Source: Halorarum halobium
GTDB taxonomy: Archaea > Halobacteriota > Halobacteria > Halobacteriales > Haloferacaceae
Direction: 5' to 3'
Assembly (NCBI RefSeq): GCF_032116555.1
Contig: NZ_CP134949.1
Span: forward strand, 1,860,001-1,924,000
DNA: 64,000 nt
The notes under the pieces were generated by a model. It saw nothing but the letters and a program-made list of their open reading frames with translations, was not told where the DNA came from and ran no database searches. The position numbers and the translations under genes are program-made. Positions 17,329-27,563 of this stretch are shown here, one piece after another. Each line of letters begins with the position of its first letter. Position 1 is the stretch's first letter.

Positions 17329-18867
17329 CTAGACGAAATCCGAGAGCCCGGACTGGTCGTCGTCCTCCTCCGGGTCGTCCTCGGCGGGCTCGTCACCGGA
17401 TTCCGGCGACCCGGCGGCCTCGTTCGAGGAACTGCCGCCCAGCGTCGTCTGTCCGTCGCCGTCGTCGGAGTTCCCGGCCGCCCCGGACGCGTCAGGCGAA
17501 TCGGCCGCTTCCTCGTCGCCGTCCCGTCCGTCCTCCCCGCCGTGGTTCGCGCTCGGCGTGCCGGCGAACGCGCCGCCCGAGTGGTCCTCCATCAGTTCCG
17601 CCCGCAGCTCCTCGGCGTCCTCGACGATCGACTGCACCTTGTTCGTCGTCTCACCGGAGCCGGTGACGAACGAGACGTGAGCCGCCTCGAAGTCGTACGC
17701 CGCGGCCATGCGGACCGTGAGGTCCCGGGGCTTGCAGTGGTGGGTCATCGCTGCCAGGAACGGCAACACGTCGCGGCGGACCGTGTTCATCGAGAAGCCG
17801 CCGTCGGTGGCGATCCGGCGAATCACGTGCTCGGCCGTGTCCGAGGACGACCGGTAGAACTGCGGTCGCCCCCAGCGCGTCCAGCCGCCCTTGGTTCCCT
17901 CGCGGGCCGCCGCGACGCCGGCCGAGAGGTTGTCGCCCGCGTAGCGCCAGTAGGAGTAGTTCTGGCTCGCGCGGACGCGACCGAGCCACACGTCGGCGTC
18001 CGCGAGGTGGTCGTACGCCCGGACCGCCTCGTCCGGGTCATACACCTTCAGCATGTTGTCCTCGATCCACCGCGTCAGGTCGTCCGGCGTCTCGTCGACG
18101 TCGTACGAGGAGCCGAGCGCCTCCCGCGCGGACTCGCCCTCCTTCAACACGAGATCGAGGAACGGGAAGATGCCCATCGAGCTGTCGCGGTCGCCGGTCA
18201 CCACGTCCTCGACGGTGAGGTGTTCCTTTCCGTCCGCGACCGCCTGGAGGTCGTTGACCGCGCCGCGCAGGTCCCCGGAGTTCCGCTCGGCGATGCGTTC
18301 GAGCGCGTCCGAGTCGAACTCGATCCCCTCCTTCCGACAGATGTCGCGCAGGACGGGGACGATCGAGCGCTTCGAGACGTCGCGGAACTCGATCTCGCGG
18401 GTGGCGTTCCGGAGCCCCCGCGACATGTCGTAGTAGTCGTTGGCGATGAGGACGATGGGCTGGCCGGCGGACTTCACGAGCTTCGTGATCGCGCCGGCGC
18501 CGCCGCGGTCGTAGTTGCCGTGGACGTTGTCCGCCTCGTCGAGGATCACGAGCTGTCGGCCCCCGGTGTCGTCGGCGCCGCTGGCGCCCGCGAGGGTCGC
18601 GTTGTTCGCCGCGCGTCCGGCGTAGCGCTCGATGACGTCGGCCGTCCGCTTGTCCGAGGCGTTGAGTTCGACCGTCTCCCACCCCATGTCCGACGCGAGC
18701 GCGTGGGCGGCCGAGGTCTTCCCGATGCCGGGCGAGCCGTGGAGGACCACCGCCTCCCCGTGGTCGTCCCACGACGTCGCCCACTCGCGGAACGCGTCGA
18801 CCGCCTTGTCGTTGCCCCGGAGCTCCGAGAGCGAGCGCGGGCGGTACGTCTCCGTCCAGTCGACCAT
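17329..18867 (-). CDS. rfcL: Replication factor C large subunit
   Basis: WTETYRP, GSPGIGKT, ELNASD, ILDEADN, GDLRGAVNDL; acidic tail ending in PIP-like QSGLSDFV. Confidence 0.95.
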   Translation of the reverse strand: MVDWTETYRPRSLSELRGNDKAVDAFREWATSWDDHGEAVVLHGSPGIGKTSAAHALASDMGWETVELNASDKRTADVIERYAGRAANNATLAGASGADDTGGRQLVILDEADNVHGNYDRGGAGAITKLVKSAGQPIVLIANDYYDMSRGLRNATREIEFRDVSKRSIVPVLRDICRKEGIEFDSDALERIAERNSGDLRGAVNDLQAVADGKEHLTVEDVVTGDRDSSMGIFPFLDLVLKEGESAREALGSSYDVDETPDDLTRWIEDNMLKVYDPDEAVRAYDHLADADVWLGRVRASQNYSYWRYAGDNLSAGVAAAREGTKGGWTRWGRPQFYRSSSDTAEHVIRRIATDGGFSMNTVRRDVLPFLAAMTHHCKPRDLTVRMAAAYDFEAAHVSFVTGSGETTNKVQSIVEDAEELRAELMEDHSGGAFAGTPSANHGGEDGRDGDEEAADSPDASGAAGNSDDGDGQTTLGGSSSNEAAGSPESGDEPAEDDPEEDDDQSGLSDFV

Positions 18868-19032
18868 TCTCGGTCGAACCTCGGGGAGGTTCGCGCTTAG
18901 TGGTTGCGACTGGTCGCTCGAGGACTCGACCGAGCCGTCCGCTCGCGTTCGGCCGCAGCTCCGGTCCGCACGCGAGCCCGCACAGTCTTCCCCGCACCGT
19001 TATCACCGCGCCGGCCCTGCTGCCGACAACGG

Positions 19033-19881
19033 ATGAGCGAGGACCTCGGCACCCCGGTACTGGACGATCACATGCACCTCGACCCCGACCACGGGCGCGG
19101 GCTCGACGCGGTCCGCGACTTCGCCCGGCTCGGCGGCACCCACCTGATCGTGGTGAACAAGCCGTCCTGGCACCTCGGCGTCGAGGCCGACGCACCCCAG
19201 GAGTTCCGCCCGGTGTTCGAGCGGACCGTCGAGATCGTGCGGGAGGCGAGTGAACTGCTCGAGGGCCGCGCCTGGGCAGTCCTCGGCGTCCACCCGGGGC
19301 TCGTCTCGCGGCTCGTCGACGAGCGCGGGTTCGACGCCGACGGGGCGCGCGAACTGATGCGGGGCGGGCTCGACGTCGCCGCCGAGTTCGTCGACGACGG
19401 GCACGCGCTCGGACTCAAGTCCGGGCGTCCACACTACGAGGTCACCGACGCTGTGTGGGACGCCTCGAACGCGGTGATGCGCCACGCGTTCGCGCTCGGT
19501 GCCGACCACGACTGTCCCGTCCAGTTACACACCGAGGCCTCGGAGGACCTGACCGAAACCGCGGAGTGGGCCGAGGAAGCCGGAATGGCCCGCGAGCGAG
19601 TCGTCAAACACTACGCCGGCGGCCGCCTCGCCGGGCCGACGCCGAGCGTGATGAGCGAGCGGGACCGGCTCCGCGTCGCCGCCGAGGCGGGCGAGCCGTT
19701 CCTGATGGAGACCGACTTCGTGGACGACCCCGACAGGCCGGGCGCGGTGATGGGCCCGAAGACGGTCCCCCGGCGGGTTCGATGGATGCTGGAGGAAGGG
19801 TACGAGGACGCGGTTCGAACCGCACACGTCGGGACGCCGAGGCGGGTGTACGACGTCGACACCCTAGCGGACGTCGAGTGA
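19033..19881 (+). CDS. TatD-related metal-dependent hydrolase
   Basis: DDHMHLD, LGVHP, GRPHY, QLHTE, METD; start re-set to ATG 19033. Confidence 0.85.
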   Translation: MSEDLGTPVLDDHMHLDPDHGRGLDAVRDFARLGGTHLIVVNKPSWHLGVEADAPQEFRPVFERTVEIVREASELLEGRAWAVLGVHPGLVSRLVDERGFDADGARELMRGGLDVAAEFVDDGHALGLKSGRPHYEVTDAVWDASNAVMRHAFALGADHDCPVQLHTEASEDLTETAEWAEEAGMARERVVKHYAGGRLAGPTPSVMSERDRLRVAAEAGEPFLMETDFVDDPDRPGAVMGPKTVPRRVRWMLEEGYEDAVRTAHVGTPRRVYDVDTLADVE

Positions 19882-20081
19882 ACGGCGAACCGGGTCCCGG
19901 TGCCGAGCCGGTCTCGACGTCGAGCCAGTCTCTCGAGCCGAGTCGGCCTCGATGCCAGGACGGCTGCGACGTCCGGGCCGTCCTCCTCGCGGGCGCTTGC
20001 AAACGCAGGGCCGAACGGGTCGCGTGACGCGTCACCACCAGTAAAGAAAGGCATATCAACGCGGACCCGGACCGTGTGAGT

Positions 20082-20660
20082 ATGAGCGAACCCGAGGAGA
20101 CGTTCTACACCGAGGAGCGGTGGCAGAACTGGCTCGACCGCGTCGAGGAGGAGAGCCTCGACCCGGAGGACGAAGACTCCGCTCGACTACTGTTGAACCT
20201 GCAGGACGACGCCGCCATCGCGGTGGCCAAGATCGTCGCCGCCTACGACGACGACGACCTCACCCGGGAGGAGGCCGGCGAGGAGATCGCCGGCATCCGC
20301 GAGGTCGTGCTCGCTGAGGTCGACTTCGAGAGCGAGGAGAAGGCGATGTTGATCGACGGCGTCCAGACGAGCCTCGTCTGCGTGTTCTACGCCGCCGAGG
20401 AGTACGTCGTCGGCGGCGCGGCCGAGGAGGGCTCGGTCGGCGAGTACGTCGAGGCCGCGGTCGACGCCGAGGCGAACGACGACGTCGACGCCGCGCTCGG
20501 CTACCTCGTGCAGGCCGGGACGCGCATCATCGACGGCGACGAACTCCCGATGGACGTCGTCGAGGACCTGGAGTACGGGCTCGTCTCCGAGTGGGTCAAC
20601 GGGCTGGACTCGCTCCAGTCGGCGATGTCAGACCCCGAAGTGGTCGAGGAAGAGGACTGA
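20082..20660 (+). CDS. Conserved archaeal protein (DUF2150-like)
   Basis: FYTEERWQNW, LLNLQDD; highly acidic with typical codon usage. Confidence 0.8.
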   Translation: MSEPEETFYTEERWQNWLDRVEEESLDPEDEDSARLLLNLQDDAAIAVAKIVAAYDDDDLTREEAGEEIAGIREVVLAEVDFESEEKAMLIDGVQTSLVCVFYAAEEYVVGGAAEEGSVGEYVEAAVDAEANDDVDAALGYLVQAGTRIIDGDELPMDVVEDLEYGLVSEWVNGLDSLQSAMSDPEVVEEED

Positions 20661-20764
20661 CGGCGAACGAACCGCGAGAACGGTCTCCGGCGGGGTCCGT
20701 CGGAACTGCCGGAACGCGTCCGACGGTGCGGCACGCTTTTAGGACGGGACTCGGTTGAGGGGAT

Positions 20765-23089
20765 ATGCGACTCGGGGGGGATCGCCGCGCACAGTCCGTG
20801 CAGATCGGCGCGATCATCCTGTTCGGCTTTCTCGTCGTCGCGCTGTCGACCTACCAGGCGGCGGTCGTCCCCCAGGAGAACGCGGCCGTCGAGTTCCGAC
20901 ACAGCCAGGCGGCCCAGGACGACCTCGTCGGCCTCGGGAACAGCATCGATTCGACCGGCAGAACCGGCGAGGCCGCGCCGGCCGCGGTGAAGCTCGGGAC
21001 GCGCTACCCGACGCGTGTGTTCGCCGTGAACCCGCCGCCGGCCGCCGGCTCGCTCCGGACGGCCCCCGGCGACAACGTCACCGTCAGCGGGGTGGAGGTC
21101 GTCTCCACGTCCGGCGGGGAGGCGAACGACTACTGGTCGACCGAGCGGAACTTCTCGACGAACGCCCTCGTCTACCGGCCGGGCTATCACGAGTACGACG
21201 AGTCGCCGGTGACCCGCTACGAGGCGACCGGCCTCGTCAACGAGTTCGACGGCGGGACGCTGCTCGTGGACGAGCCGACCGTCGTCCGGGGGAACCGGAT
21301 CACGCTCGTCACCCTCCGGGGGACGCTCTCGGAGGAGGGGGTGGGGCTCGTCTCGGTCGATCCGTCCGCGGTGAGCGCCATCGACCGACGGGAGACGGTC
21401 ACGGGCGACGTCGCGCTCACCGTGCCCAGCACGCTCGGGGCTGACGCGTGGCGAACCGAGGTACTCGCCGACGAGCTCGCGGCCGGCTGGGTGAACGAGA
21501 CGACCCAGGCCGGCCCGAACCGGATCCGGATCGAGCTCAACGCGAGCCGGACCTACTCGCTTGGCCTGGCGGCGGTCGGCGTCGGGACCGACGCGTCGGC
21601 CACGTCGGAACCGGCGTACATCGACGTGGAGCGAGCGCCCGGAGCCGCGAGCACCGGCTCGGTGCGGGAGGTCGTCGTCGAGGTCCGCGACGAGTACGGC
21701 AACCCCGTCGGGAACCAGCAGGTTTCGGGTGCCACGACGGGCGGGTCCGGGTCGCTGGTCGACACGACGGTCACGACGGACGACGCCGGACGAGCCGTCT
21801 TCGAGTACCGGGCGACCGGAACCGGCACGGCGACGCTCCGAGCGAGCTACGACGGGCTCTCCGGATTCGACGCGGACGCCCCCGCAGACGCGACGACGTC
21901 GTTCCCGGTGAGCGGCGGCGGAACCGGAGTCGGAAACGGCACCTACGACCTCGTCTGGGACGTCGACCGCATCGACGACGCGACCGGGGTGGAGTACGTC
22001 GCCTCGAACGACACCGTCGTGATCGACGCCACGGTCGCCAGTTCGCCGGTTGACGTGACGGTTCGCGCATCGAACCGGGCGGGCGAGCCGATCGAGGGCG
22101 CGACGGTCGATTACGCCACGTCGAACGCGACGGTCGCACGCTTCCCCGCGGGCAGTTCGACCGGGGAGACCGGATCGGACGGCCGCGCAACCGTTCAGCT
22201 GTCGATCGGCGACGGCGACGGGGAGGTGTACGCCTCGGTCGGCGGGACGAGCGACTCCCTCGGCGTCCGCGTCGTCGGCGGGGCGGGCGGCGATCCGCTC
22301 CCGAGTGGCGCGGTGGCCTACGACGACGCGAACGGGAACGGCGCGTACGACGAGGGGGAGTTGGCGTACACGGCGTCACAGCTCCGGAGCTTCCAGCAGC
22401 CGTCGGTCGACCTCGTCGTCGAACGGGACGCGGAGGCGAACGGGTTCGACGTGACCGCCGGGTCGATCACGGTCGAACCGGGCGCGACGATGACCGTGGA
22501 GAGCTTCGGTTCGACGACGTTGCGGGCCGAGAACGGGGACGTCAGGCTCGCCGGCACGGTGGACGGCCGGAACGCCGGGGGCTCGGAGGTCAGGCTGATC
22601 GGCGACGGCGTGGACGCGAGCGGCGGCACCATCCTCGCTGCGGGGTCGGTCACGGTTACCGGCCAGACTGGTGCCGTCGCGCTCGATGCGGCGAGCATCG
22701 ATACGAGCGGGGGCAACGGCCGGAGCGTCACCGTCACTGCGGACACGGACGTCTCCGCCCGGAACGCCGCGATCGTCTCGACCGAACAGTTACGAATCGA
22801 GGCGGACGGCGGGCCCCTCGACGCGAACGGTGCGAGCCTGGACACCTCCCCGGGGAATCAGGCCGGCGTGACCCTGGGGTCCAACGGCGACATGACGCTC
22901 ACCGACGCGGAACTCGTCGGGGACGAGTTCAGCACGTTCACGGCGGATCTCACGGTCGCCTCGGCGACCCTCTTCGTCGACGGCTCGGAGATCAAACGCG
23001 GAAACGGCGACGGAAAGGAGCTGACCTACGACCCCGACGGAGCCACGGTGGGTGGGTCACCGGCGGTCGGGACGGTGTCGGCGGACTGA
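20765..23089 (+). CDS. Large pilin-like cell-surface protein with Ig-like domains
   Basis: Class III signal DRRA/QSVQIGAIILFGFLVV; VRDEYGNPV and TTDDAGRAVFEY Ig-like (Big_1) motifs; DDANGNGAYDEGE loop; many N-x-S/T sequons. Confidence 0.8.
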   Translation: MRLGGDRRAQSVQIGAIILFGFLVVALSTYQAAVVPQENAAVEFRHSQAAQDDLVGLGNSIDSTGRTGEAAPAAVKLGTRYPTRVFAVNPPPAAGSLRTAPGDNVTVSGVEVVSTSGGEANDYWSTERNFSTNALVYRPGYHEYDESPVTRYEATGLVNEFDGGTLLVDEPTVVRGNRITLVTLRGTLSEEGVGLVSVDPSAVSAIDRRETVTGDVALTVPSTLGADAWRTEVLADELAAGWVNETTQAGPNRIRIELNASRTYSLGLAAVGVGTDASATSEPAYIDVERAPGAASTGSVREVVVEVRDEYGNPVGNQQVSGATTGGSGSLVDTTVTTDDAGRAVFEYRATGTGTATLRASYDGLSGFDADAPADATTSFPVSGGGTGVGNGTYDLVWDVDRIDDATGVEYVASNDTVVIDATVASSPVDVTVRASNRAGEPIEGATVDYATSNATVARFPAGSSTGETGSDGRATVQLSIGDGDGEVYASVGGTSDSLGVRVVGGAGGDPLPSGAVAYDDANGNGAYDEGELAYTASQLRSFQQPSVDLVVERDAEANGFDVTAGSITVEPGATMTVESFGSTTLRAENGDVRLAGTVDGRNAGGSEVRLIGDGVDASGGTILAAGSVTVTGQTGAVALDAASIDTSGGNGRSVTVTADTDVSARNAAIVSTEQLRIEADGGPLDANGASLDTSPGNQAGVTLGSNGDMTLTDAELVGDEFSTFTADLTVASATLFVDGSEIKRGNGDGKELTYDPDGATVGGSPAVGTVSAD

Positions 23090-23159
23090 CCCGACGTTCG
23101 ACAGTCGACGTAATCCCCATCGACAGACCAATATGCCAGTTTCCCGAATCGGGGGACAC

Positions 23160-24497
23160 ATGACTGCCGTCGGCATCGACGCCATCGAGATCTGGACGGG
23201 GAAGCTTCAGCTTGACCTGCCGAACACCTTCGCGCCCGCCAAGAACGAGGACCCGGGCAAGTACACGAAGGGGCTCGGCCTGGAGACGTCGTCGTTCCCG
23301 GACACGTACGAGGACATCGTGACGATGGGCGCGAACGCCGCCAAGCGCCTGATGGACCGCAAGGACCTCGACCCCGCGGACATCGGCCGCATCGACGTCG
23401 CCACCGAGTCGGCGTTCGACAACTCCAAGCCCATCTCGACGTACATCGCGGGCTGTCTCGAACAGGTGTACGACGGCGACTTCCACCACGCGAACAAGGG
23501 CGAGCGCAAGTTCGCCTGCGTCTCGGGCACCCAGTCCATCGACGACGCCTACAACTGGATCCGCGCGGGCCGCAACCGCGGGCGCTCGGCGCTCGTCGTC
23601 GCCACCGACACGGCGCTGTACGCCCGCGGCGACCCCGGCGAGGCGACCCAGGGCGCCGGCGCGGTGGCGATGCTCATCTCCGAGGACCCGAGCGTCCTCG
23701 CGCTCTCGGACGAGCAGGGCTACGGCTCCGCGGACGAGACTGACTTTCTCAAGCCGAACCAGCAGTTCCCGAGCGTCGACGGCAAGCGCTCGATGCAGGT
23801 GTATCTCGCCCGCATGCGCGAGGCCGTGGAGGACTTCGAGTCGGTGGCGTGGGACATGCACCCCGAGGACTTCGCGTACATCCCGTTCCACACGCCGTTC
23901 CCGGGGATGGTCCGCAAGGCCGGCCTACTCGGCTACCGGCACACCATCCGCGACACGGAGATCGAGGACGAACTGGCCGGCGAGATCGGTCGCCAGCCCC
24001 GCGAGTCGGAGTACGACGACTGGGACGACTACGAGGAGGCGATCCGCGGCTACATGGACCGGCTGAAGGACACCGACGCGTACCGCGACTGGTACGGCCG
24101 CGTCATCGAGCCGGCGCTCAACATCTCACGGCGCGTCGGCAACTGGTACACCGGCTCGGTCCACGTCGCCCGCGCCTCGGCGCTCAAACACGCCGCCGAG
24201 ACCGGCCGCGACCTGGAGGGCGAGAAGCTGCTCATCGGCTCGTACGGCTCGGGCGCACAGGCCGAAATCCACGCCGAGACCGTCCGGGAGGGCTGGCTGG
24301 AGGAGATCGAGGCGCTCTCGATCGACGAACAGCTCGAGAGCCGCTACGACATCTCCTACGACGAGTACGAGACGGTCCACGACGCGCACAACCACGACAA
24401 GGAGGCCGAGGTCGAGGAGTTCACCACGCCGGAGGGCGAGTTCGTCCACGTCGGCTGGGGTCGGATGAACGAGCGCAAGTACGAGTACGTGGAGTAG
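23160..24497 (+). CDS. hmgB: Hydroxymethylglutaryl-CoA synthase
   Basis: MTAVGIDAIEI, VATESAFDNSK, KFACVSG (catalytic Cys), GEATQGAGAVAM, FHTPF, GNWYTGS, SYGSG. Confidence 0.95.
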   Translation: MTAVGIDAIEIWTGKLQLDLPNTFAPAKNEDPGKYTKGLGLETSSFPDTYEDIVTMGANAAKRLMDRKDLDPADIGRIDVATESAFDNSKPISTYIAGCLEQVYDGDFHHANKGERKFACVSGTQSIDDAYNWIRAGRNRGRSALVVATDTALYARGDPGEATQGAGAVAMLISEDPSVLALSDEQGYGSADETDFLKPNQQFPSVDGKRSMQVYLARMREAVEDFESVAWDMHPEDFAYIPFHTPFPGMVRKAGLLGYRHTIRDTEIEDELAGEIGRQPRESEYDDWDDYEEAIRGYMDRLKDTDAYRDWYGRVIEPALNISRRVGNWYTGSVHVARASALKHAAETGRDLEGEKLLIGSYGSGAQAEIHAETVREGWLEEIEALSIDEQLESRYDISYDEYETVHDAHNHDKEAEVEEFTTPEGEFVHVGWGRMNERKYEYVE

Positions 24498-24565
24498 TAG
24501 CCCGGTCGAACGTTTTCGGTCTCCGGAGTTGGTTTTCCTGATTTCGTTGACGAGGTTACGTGAGT

Positions 24566-24930
24566 GACTACCTCGAAAGCCCCCGCGGCGCTCGGCTTGC
24601 ACATCGATCCGTTCGACGGATCGACTGCCTCGAAAGCCCCCGGCTGGCTCCGCTCCCGCGGCACGCTCTGTGCTCCTCGGCTCGCTCCGCTCGCCTGCGG
24701 TGCTTGAGGCGCCGGGGTTCGCGGAGCCAGCCGACCCCTTTCAATCCCACCCGACCGCGACCGCACGGCACGGCCACACGCCTCCCTTACCTCGGAGCAC
24801 GCTCCTCGGAACTCACCCTCGCTTCGCTCGCGTGAACAGCCGATTCGCTCGGCTCGCTCCCTGCGGTCGCTCCCCTCACTCATCCCTCGCGCGATTCGGC
24901 CGCCCACGAGGGGCGGCCGCCGCGCGCCGA
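24566..24930. repeat. Structured intergenic element (nested hairpins plus 20-nt direct repeat); REP/MITE-like or ncRNA
   Basis: Direct repeat 24566-24585/24623-24642 (19/20 identical). Perfect stems 24604-24612/24616-24624, 24641-24653/24721-24733 and 24897-24905/24911-24919. Confidence 0.7.
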
Positions 24931-24962
24931 CGGCATCAGCCCGGTCCAAAGCAACTGAAAAG

Positions 24963-25685
24963 CTACAACCCCCGCAGTTCCTCCAGCGACTCCTCCAGGG
25001 GTGCGGTCGAGACGGCCAGCGAGAAGCCGTCCACGGCGGCGAGGTCGGCCGCGTGGTCCCACAGCGCCTCCTCGTCGAGGCCGTGGAGCACCACCGCGTT
25101 CGGCGTCGGGGTGACGACCCGGAGCGCCACGAGCGGCGACTCGCCGCGCGTGACGCCGGTGAACACGAGCGCGCGGTCGGTCGACTGGCCGTACAGCCGG
25201 TAGAACTCCTCGCTGGAGAGCGACGTGATCGCCTGGATGCTGTTGATGACCGTGTGGCCGTTGACGGTGTCGCGCTCGCCGGCGACGATCTCGGTCGCGT
25301 CGAGCGCGTCGTACACCCGCCCCGTCGGGAGCGCGGTCGGGTACTCCCGGATGTCGCGCACGATGTCGGACTCGAAGCCGGCAGAGACCACCCGGGCGTA
25401 CTGGCGGATGCGGCTCCCGCCGCGGCCCTCGTCGATGTCCAGCAGCGCGTTGACGACCCGGGAGACGAGGCCGATGCCGGGCGATTCCCGGCGGCCGCTC
25501 TCGTAGTCCGAGACGACCGACGAGGAGACGTCCATCGCGTCCGCGAGCGCCGTCTGTGAGACGTCGAAGTCGGTCCGCCACTTGCGAAGCGTCGCGCCCG
25601 GATCCGACGAGAGCGCGATCTCGCCGGCGATGCGGCGGGCGAGTTCGGCCCGCGGGCCGTCGCCATCGCCGGCTCCCGGATTCAT
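24963..25685 (-). CDS. XRE-type HTH transcriptional regulator (conserved archaeal family)
   Basis: RIAGEIALS, LRKWRTDFDVSQTALA...VVSDYESGRRESPG, FTGVTRGESPLVALRV. Confidence 0.85.
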   Translation of the reverse strand: MNPGAGDGDGPRAELARRIAGEIALSSDPGATLRKWRTDFDVSQTALADAMDVSSSVVSDYESGRRESPGIGLVSRVVNALLDIDEGRGGSRIRQYARVVSAGFESDIVRDIREYPTALPTGRVYDALDATEIVAGERDTVNGHTVINSIQAITSLSSEEFYRLYGQSTDRALVFTGVTRGESPLVALRVVTPTPNAVVLHGLDEEALWDHAADLAAVDGFSLAVSTAPLEESLEELRGL

Positions 25686-25765
25686 GCTCCCCCGTCCGGT
25701 CACCTGCCCGATAAGCGTGTCGGAGGCGGGGAAAACGCCTTGCCCGACGGGAACCAAGATGGGGT

Positions 25766-26410
25766 GTGCCGTCCACGCTCGTCCACGTCGCGCTCGCCGG
25801 CCTCCTCGCCGCGGCGCTGCTGCCAGACCGGTACGCGACGCGCGGCGCGATGCTCGCCGTCCTGCTCGCCGCCGCGCTGCCGGACCTCGACTCGCTCGTC
25901 TCGCCGGTGCTCGCGGGCGCACACCGATCGCTCGGGCACAACGTCCTCCTGCCGGCCCTCGTCACCGTCGCGCTCGGATACGACCTCCGCGTCCGGGACT
26001 CCTCGCGGCTCCGCGACCGGTTCGGGACCGCCGCGAGTCCCGTCGCCTGGACCTGCCTCGCCGCGTTCCTGCTCGCGGGCGTCGGCCTCGATTACGTGAG
26101 TAACGGCGTGAACCTGTTCTGGCCGGTCCACGATCGGTTCTACTCGCTGAACGGCGACCTGCTCCTGTCCAGTCGGCGCGGCGTCGTCCAGAGCTTCGTG
26201 GACCTCTCGCCCCCGACCGAGTCCGAACCGGTACGGACGACCGAGAACCTCCACTACAGCACGGGCGTCGACCCGTCCCCGGGGGTCGAATCCGGCACCG
26301 TCGACCGCGTGTTTCCGGTCGTGAGCGCCGGCTGGCAGCTCCTGCTGGTCGCGGTCGGAGCCCTCGCCGTCGCGCTCAAACTCCGACGGGGGCCCACGGT
26401 TCGTGACTGA
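25766..26410 (+). CDS. Membrane-bound metal-dependent hydrolase (YdjM-like)
   Basis: PSTLVH, LPDLD, HRSLGHN, G..LFWP. Confidence 0.8.
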   Translation: MPSTLVHVALAGLLAAALLPDRYATRGAMLAVLLAAALPDLDSLVSPVLAGAHRSLGHNVLLPALVTVALGYDLRVRDSSRLRDRFGTAASPVAWTCLAAFLLAGVGLDYVSNGVNLFWPVHDRFYSLNGDLLLSSRRGVVQSFVDLSPPTESEPVRTTENLHYSTGVDPSPGVESGTVDRVFPVVSAGWQLLLVAVGALAVALKLRRGPTVRD

Positions 26411-26488
26411 CCGACGGCTCCGTCGCTCCCGACGGTCGCGGCCCGCCGACACCGGCGGATTGAACCCGGGCCACCTCGACCGTCCCGC

Positions 26489-26980
26489 ATGGACGTGCGA
26501 CCGTTCGAGGACGGCGACGGCGACGCGCTCTGGGAACTGAAGCGCGGGTTCGAGACCGGCCTCGGCGAGGGCACCGGCGGCCCCGACAAGGCGGCGACAT
26601 ACGAGGAAAAGCTGACCGACGAGTACCGGGTTCGCTGGCTCTCGTGGGTGAAACGCTGCGTCGCCGAGGACGCCCGGACGGTGTCGGTGGCCGCGGCCGG
26701 GGACGGGGCGGAACTTGTCGGGTACGCGTTCCTGCTCCCGGAGTCGCTCGCGTTCGTCTGGGACGCCGCGGTGCTGAACGAGATCTACGTGCTCCCCGAA
26801 CACCGCGGGACGGGCGTCGCGGACGACCTGATGGACGCAGCGCTCGACGCCGCGAGCGCCCAGGACCTGCCGCTCGACCGGCTAGTGCTCGACGTGGATC
26901 GGACGAACGAACGGGCGCGGGCGTTCTACGAGCGGTACGGCTTCACCCACTGGGGCGAGATAGTCGCCCGCGACCTCTGA
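26489..26980 (+). CDS. GNAT N-acetyltransferase
   Basis: EIYVLPEHRGTGVA and NERARAFYERYGF. Confidence 0.9.
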   Translation: MDVRPFEDGDGDALWELKRGFETGLGEGTGGPDKAATYEEKLTDEYRVRWLSWVKRCVAEDARTVSVAAAGDGAELVGYAFLLPESLAFVWDAAVLNEIYVLPEHRGTGVADDLMDAALDAASAQDLPLDRLVLDVDRTNERARAFYERYGFTHWGEIVARDL

Positions 26981-26987
26981 ACCGCGG

Positions 26988-27563
26988 CTACTCCAGCAAC
27001 GAACCGATCGCCCCGCCGGCGGCCCCGAACACCGCGGGGTAGACGATCCCCGCGAGCAGGACCCCCGTAACGTAGTCGGGGTGGACGCTGCTTCCGTCGC
27101 CCGTCCCGTACGCGAAGAGGAACGTCCCGACGAGCGCGAGCAGCGCGTACGCCGGGACGACCGCGAGCCCGGCAACCGCGCCCCCGCCCGCGTCGCCCGC
27201 GTTCGCGTACGCCGAGGCCGCGAACCCCGCGAGCAGCAGTGCGAGCGGCGGCAGCACGTACAGCAGCGTGAGCGACCCGCCGTCGGCGCTGGCGATGAAG
27301 TTCTCCGCCCGCCGGCCGCCAAAGCCCGGGATCAACACGTCGACGAAGTGGGCGTTGTAGAAGTACCAGCCTACCCCGGTCCAGACCGGGATCGGATCGC
27401 CCCCGAACAGGTCCACCAGCGCGTTGATCCCGCTCAGTCGCTCCCTGACCGACCCGGACTGCCAGACGTACGTGACCAGGTAGCCGAGGACGTACGCCCC
27501 CAGGCCGGCCGCCGTGCCTATCGCAAACGGTACGCGATCGCTAATCCCCCCTGAACGTGCCAT
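26988..27563 (-). CDS. Hypothetical multi-pass membrane protein
   Basis: Start re-set to ATG 27563; about four hydrophobic segments, GWYFYNAHFV, YPAVFGAAGG. Confidence 0.7.
   Translation of the reverse strand: MARSGGISDRVPFAIGTAAGLGAYVLGYLVTYVWQSGSVRERLSGINALVDLFGGDPIPVWTGVGWYFYNAHFVDVLIPGFGGRRAENFIASADGGSLTLLYVLPPLALLLAGFAASAYANAGDAGGGAVAGLAVVPAYALLALVGTFLFAYGTGDGSSVHPDYVTGVLLAGIVYPAVFGAAGGAIGSLLE

Noticed and set aside
17329..18867. RFC large subunit without an adjacent small subunit or intein
   Set aside because: Dispersed rfc genes are ordinary in haloarchaea, and the length leaves no room for an intein.
16387..18900. 837-aa plus-strand ORF and other long antisense ORFs (7299-9044, 27541-29805, 43724-45775, 61815-63812)
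   Set aside because: Arg/Val/Gly-rich shadow frames opposite well-supported genes, expected in high-GC DNA; no family motifs.
19882..20075. Possible gene remnant and GTGACGCGTCAC palindrome
   Set aside because: No recognisable protein similarity; a single short palindrome is unremarkable at this GC content.
24566..24642. CRISPR-like repeat-spacer-repeat (20 nt + 37 nt + 20 nt)
   Set aside because: Only two short copies, no leader or cas genes, the spacer is itself a hairpin, and the unit belongs to a larger structured element.
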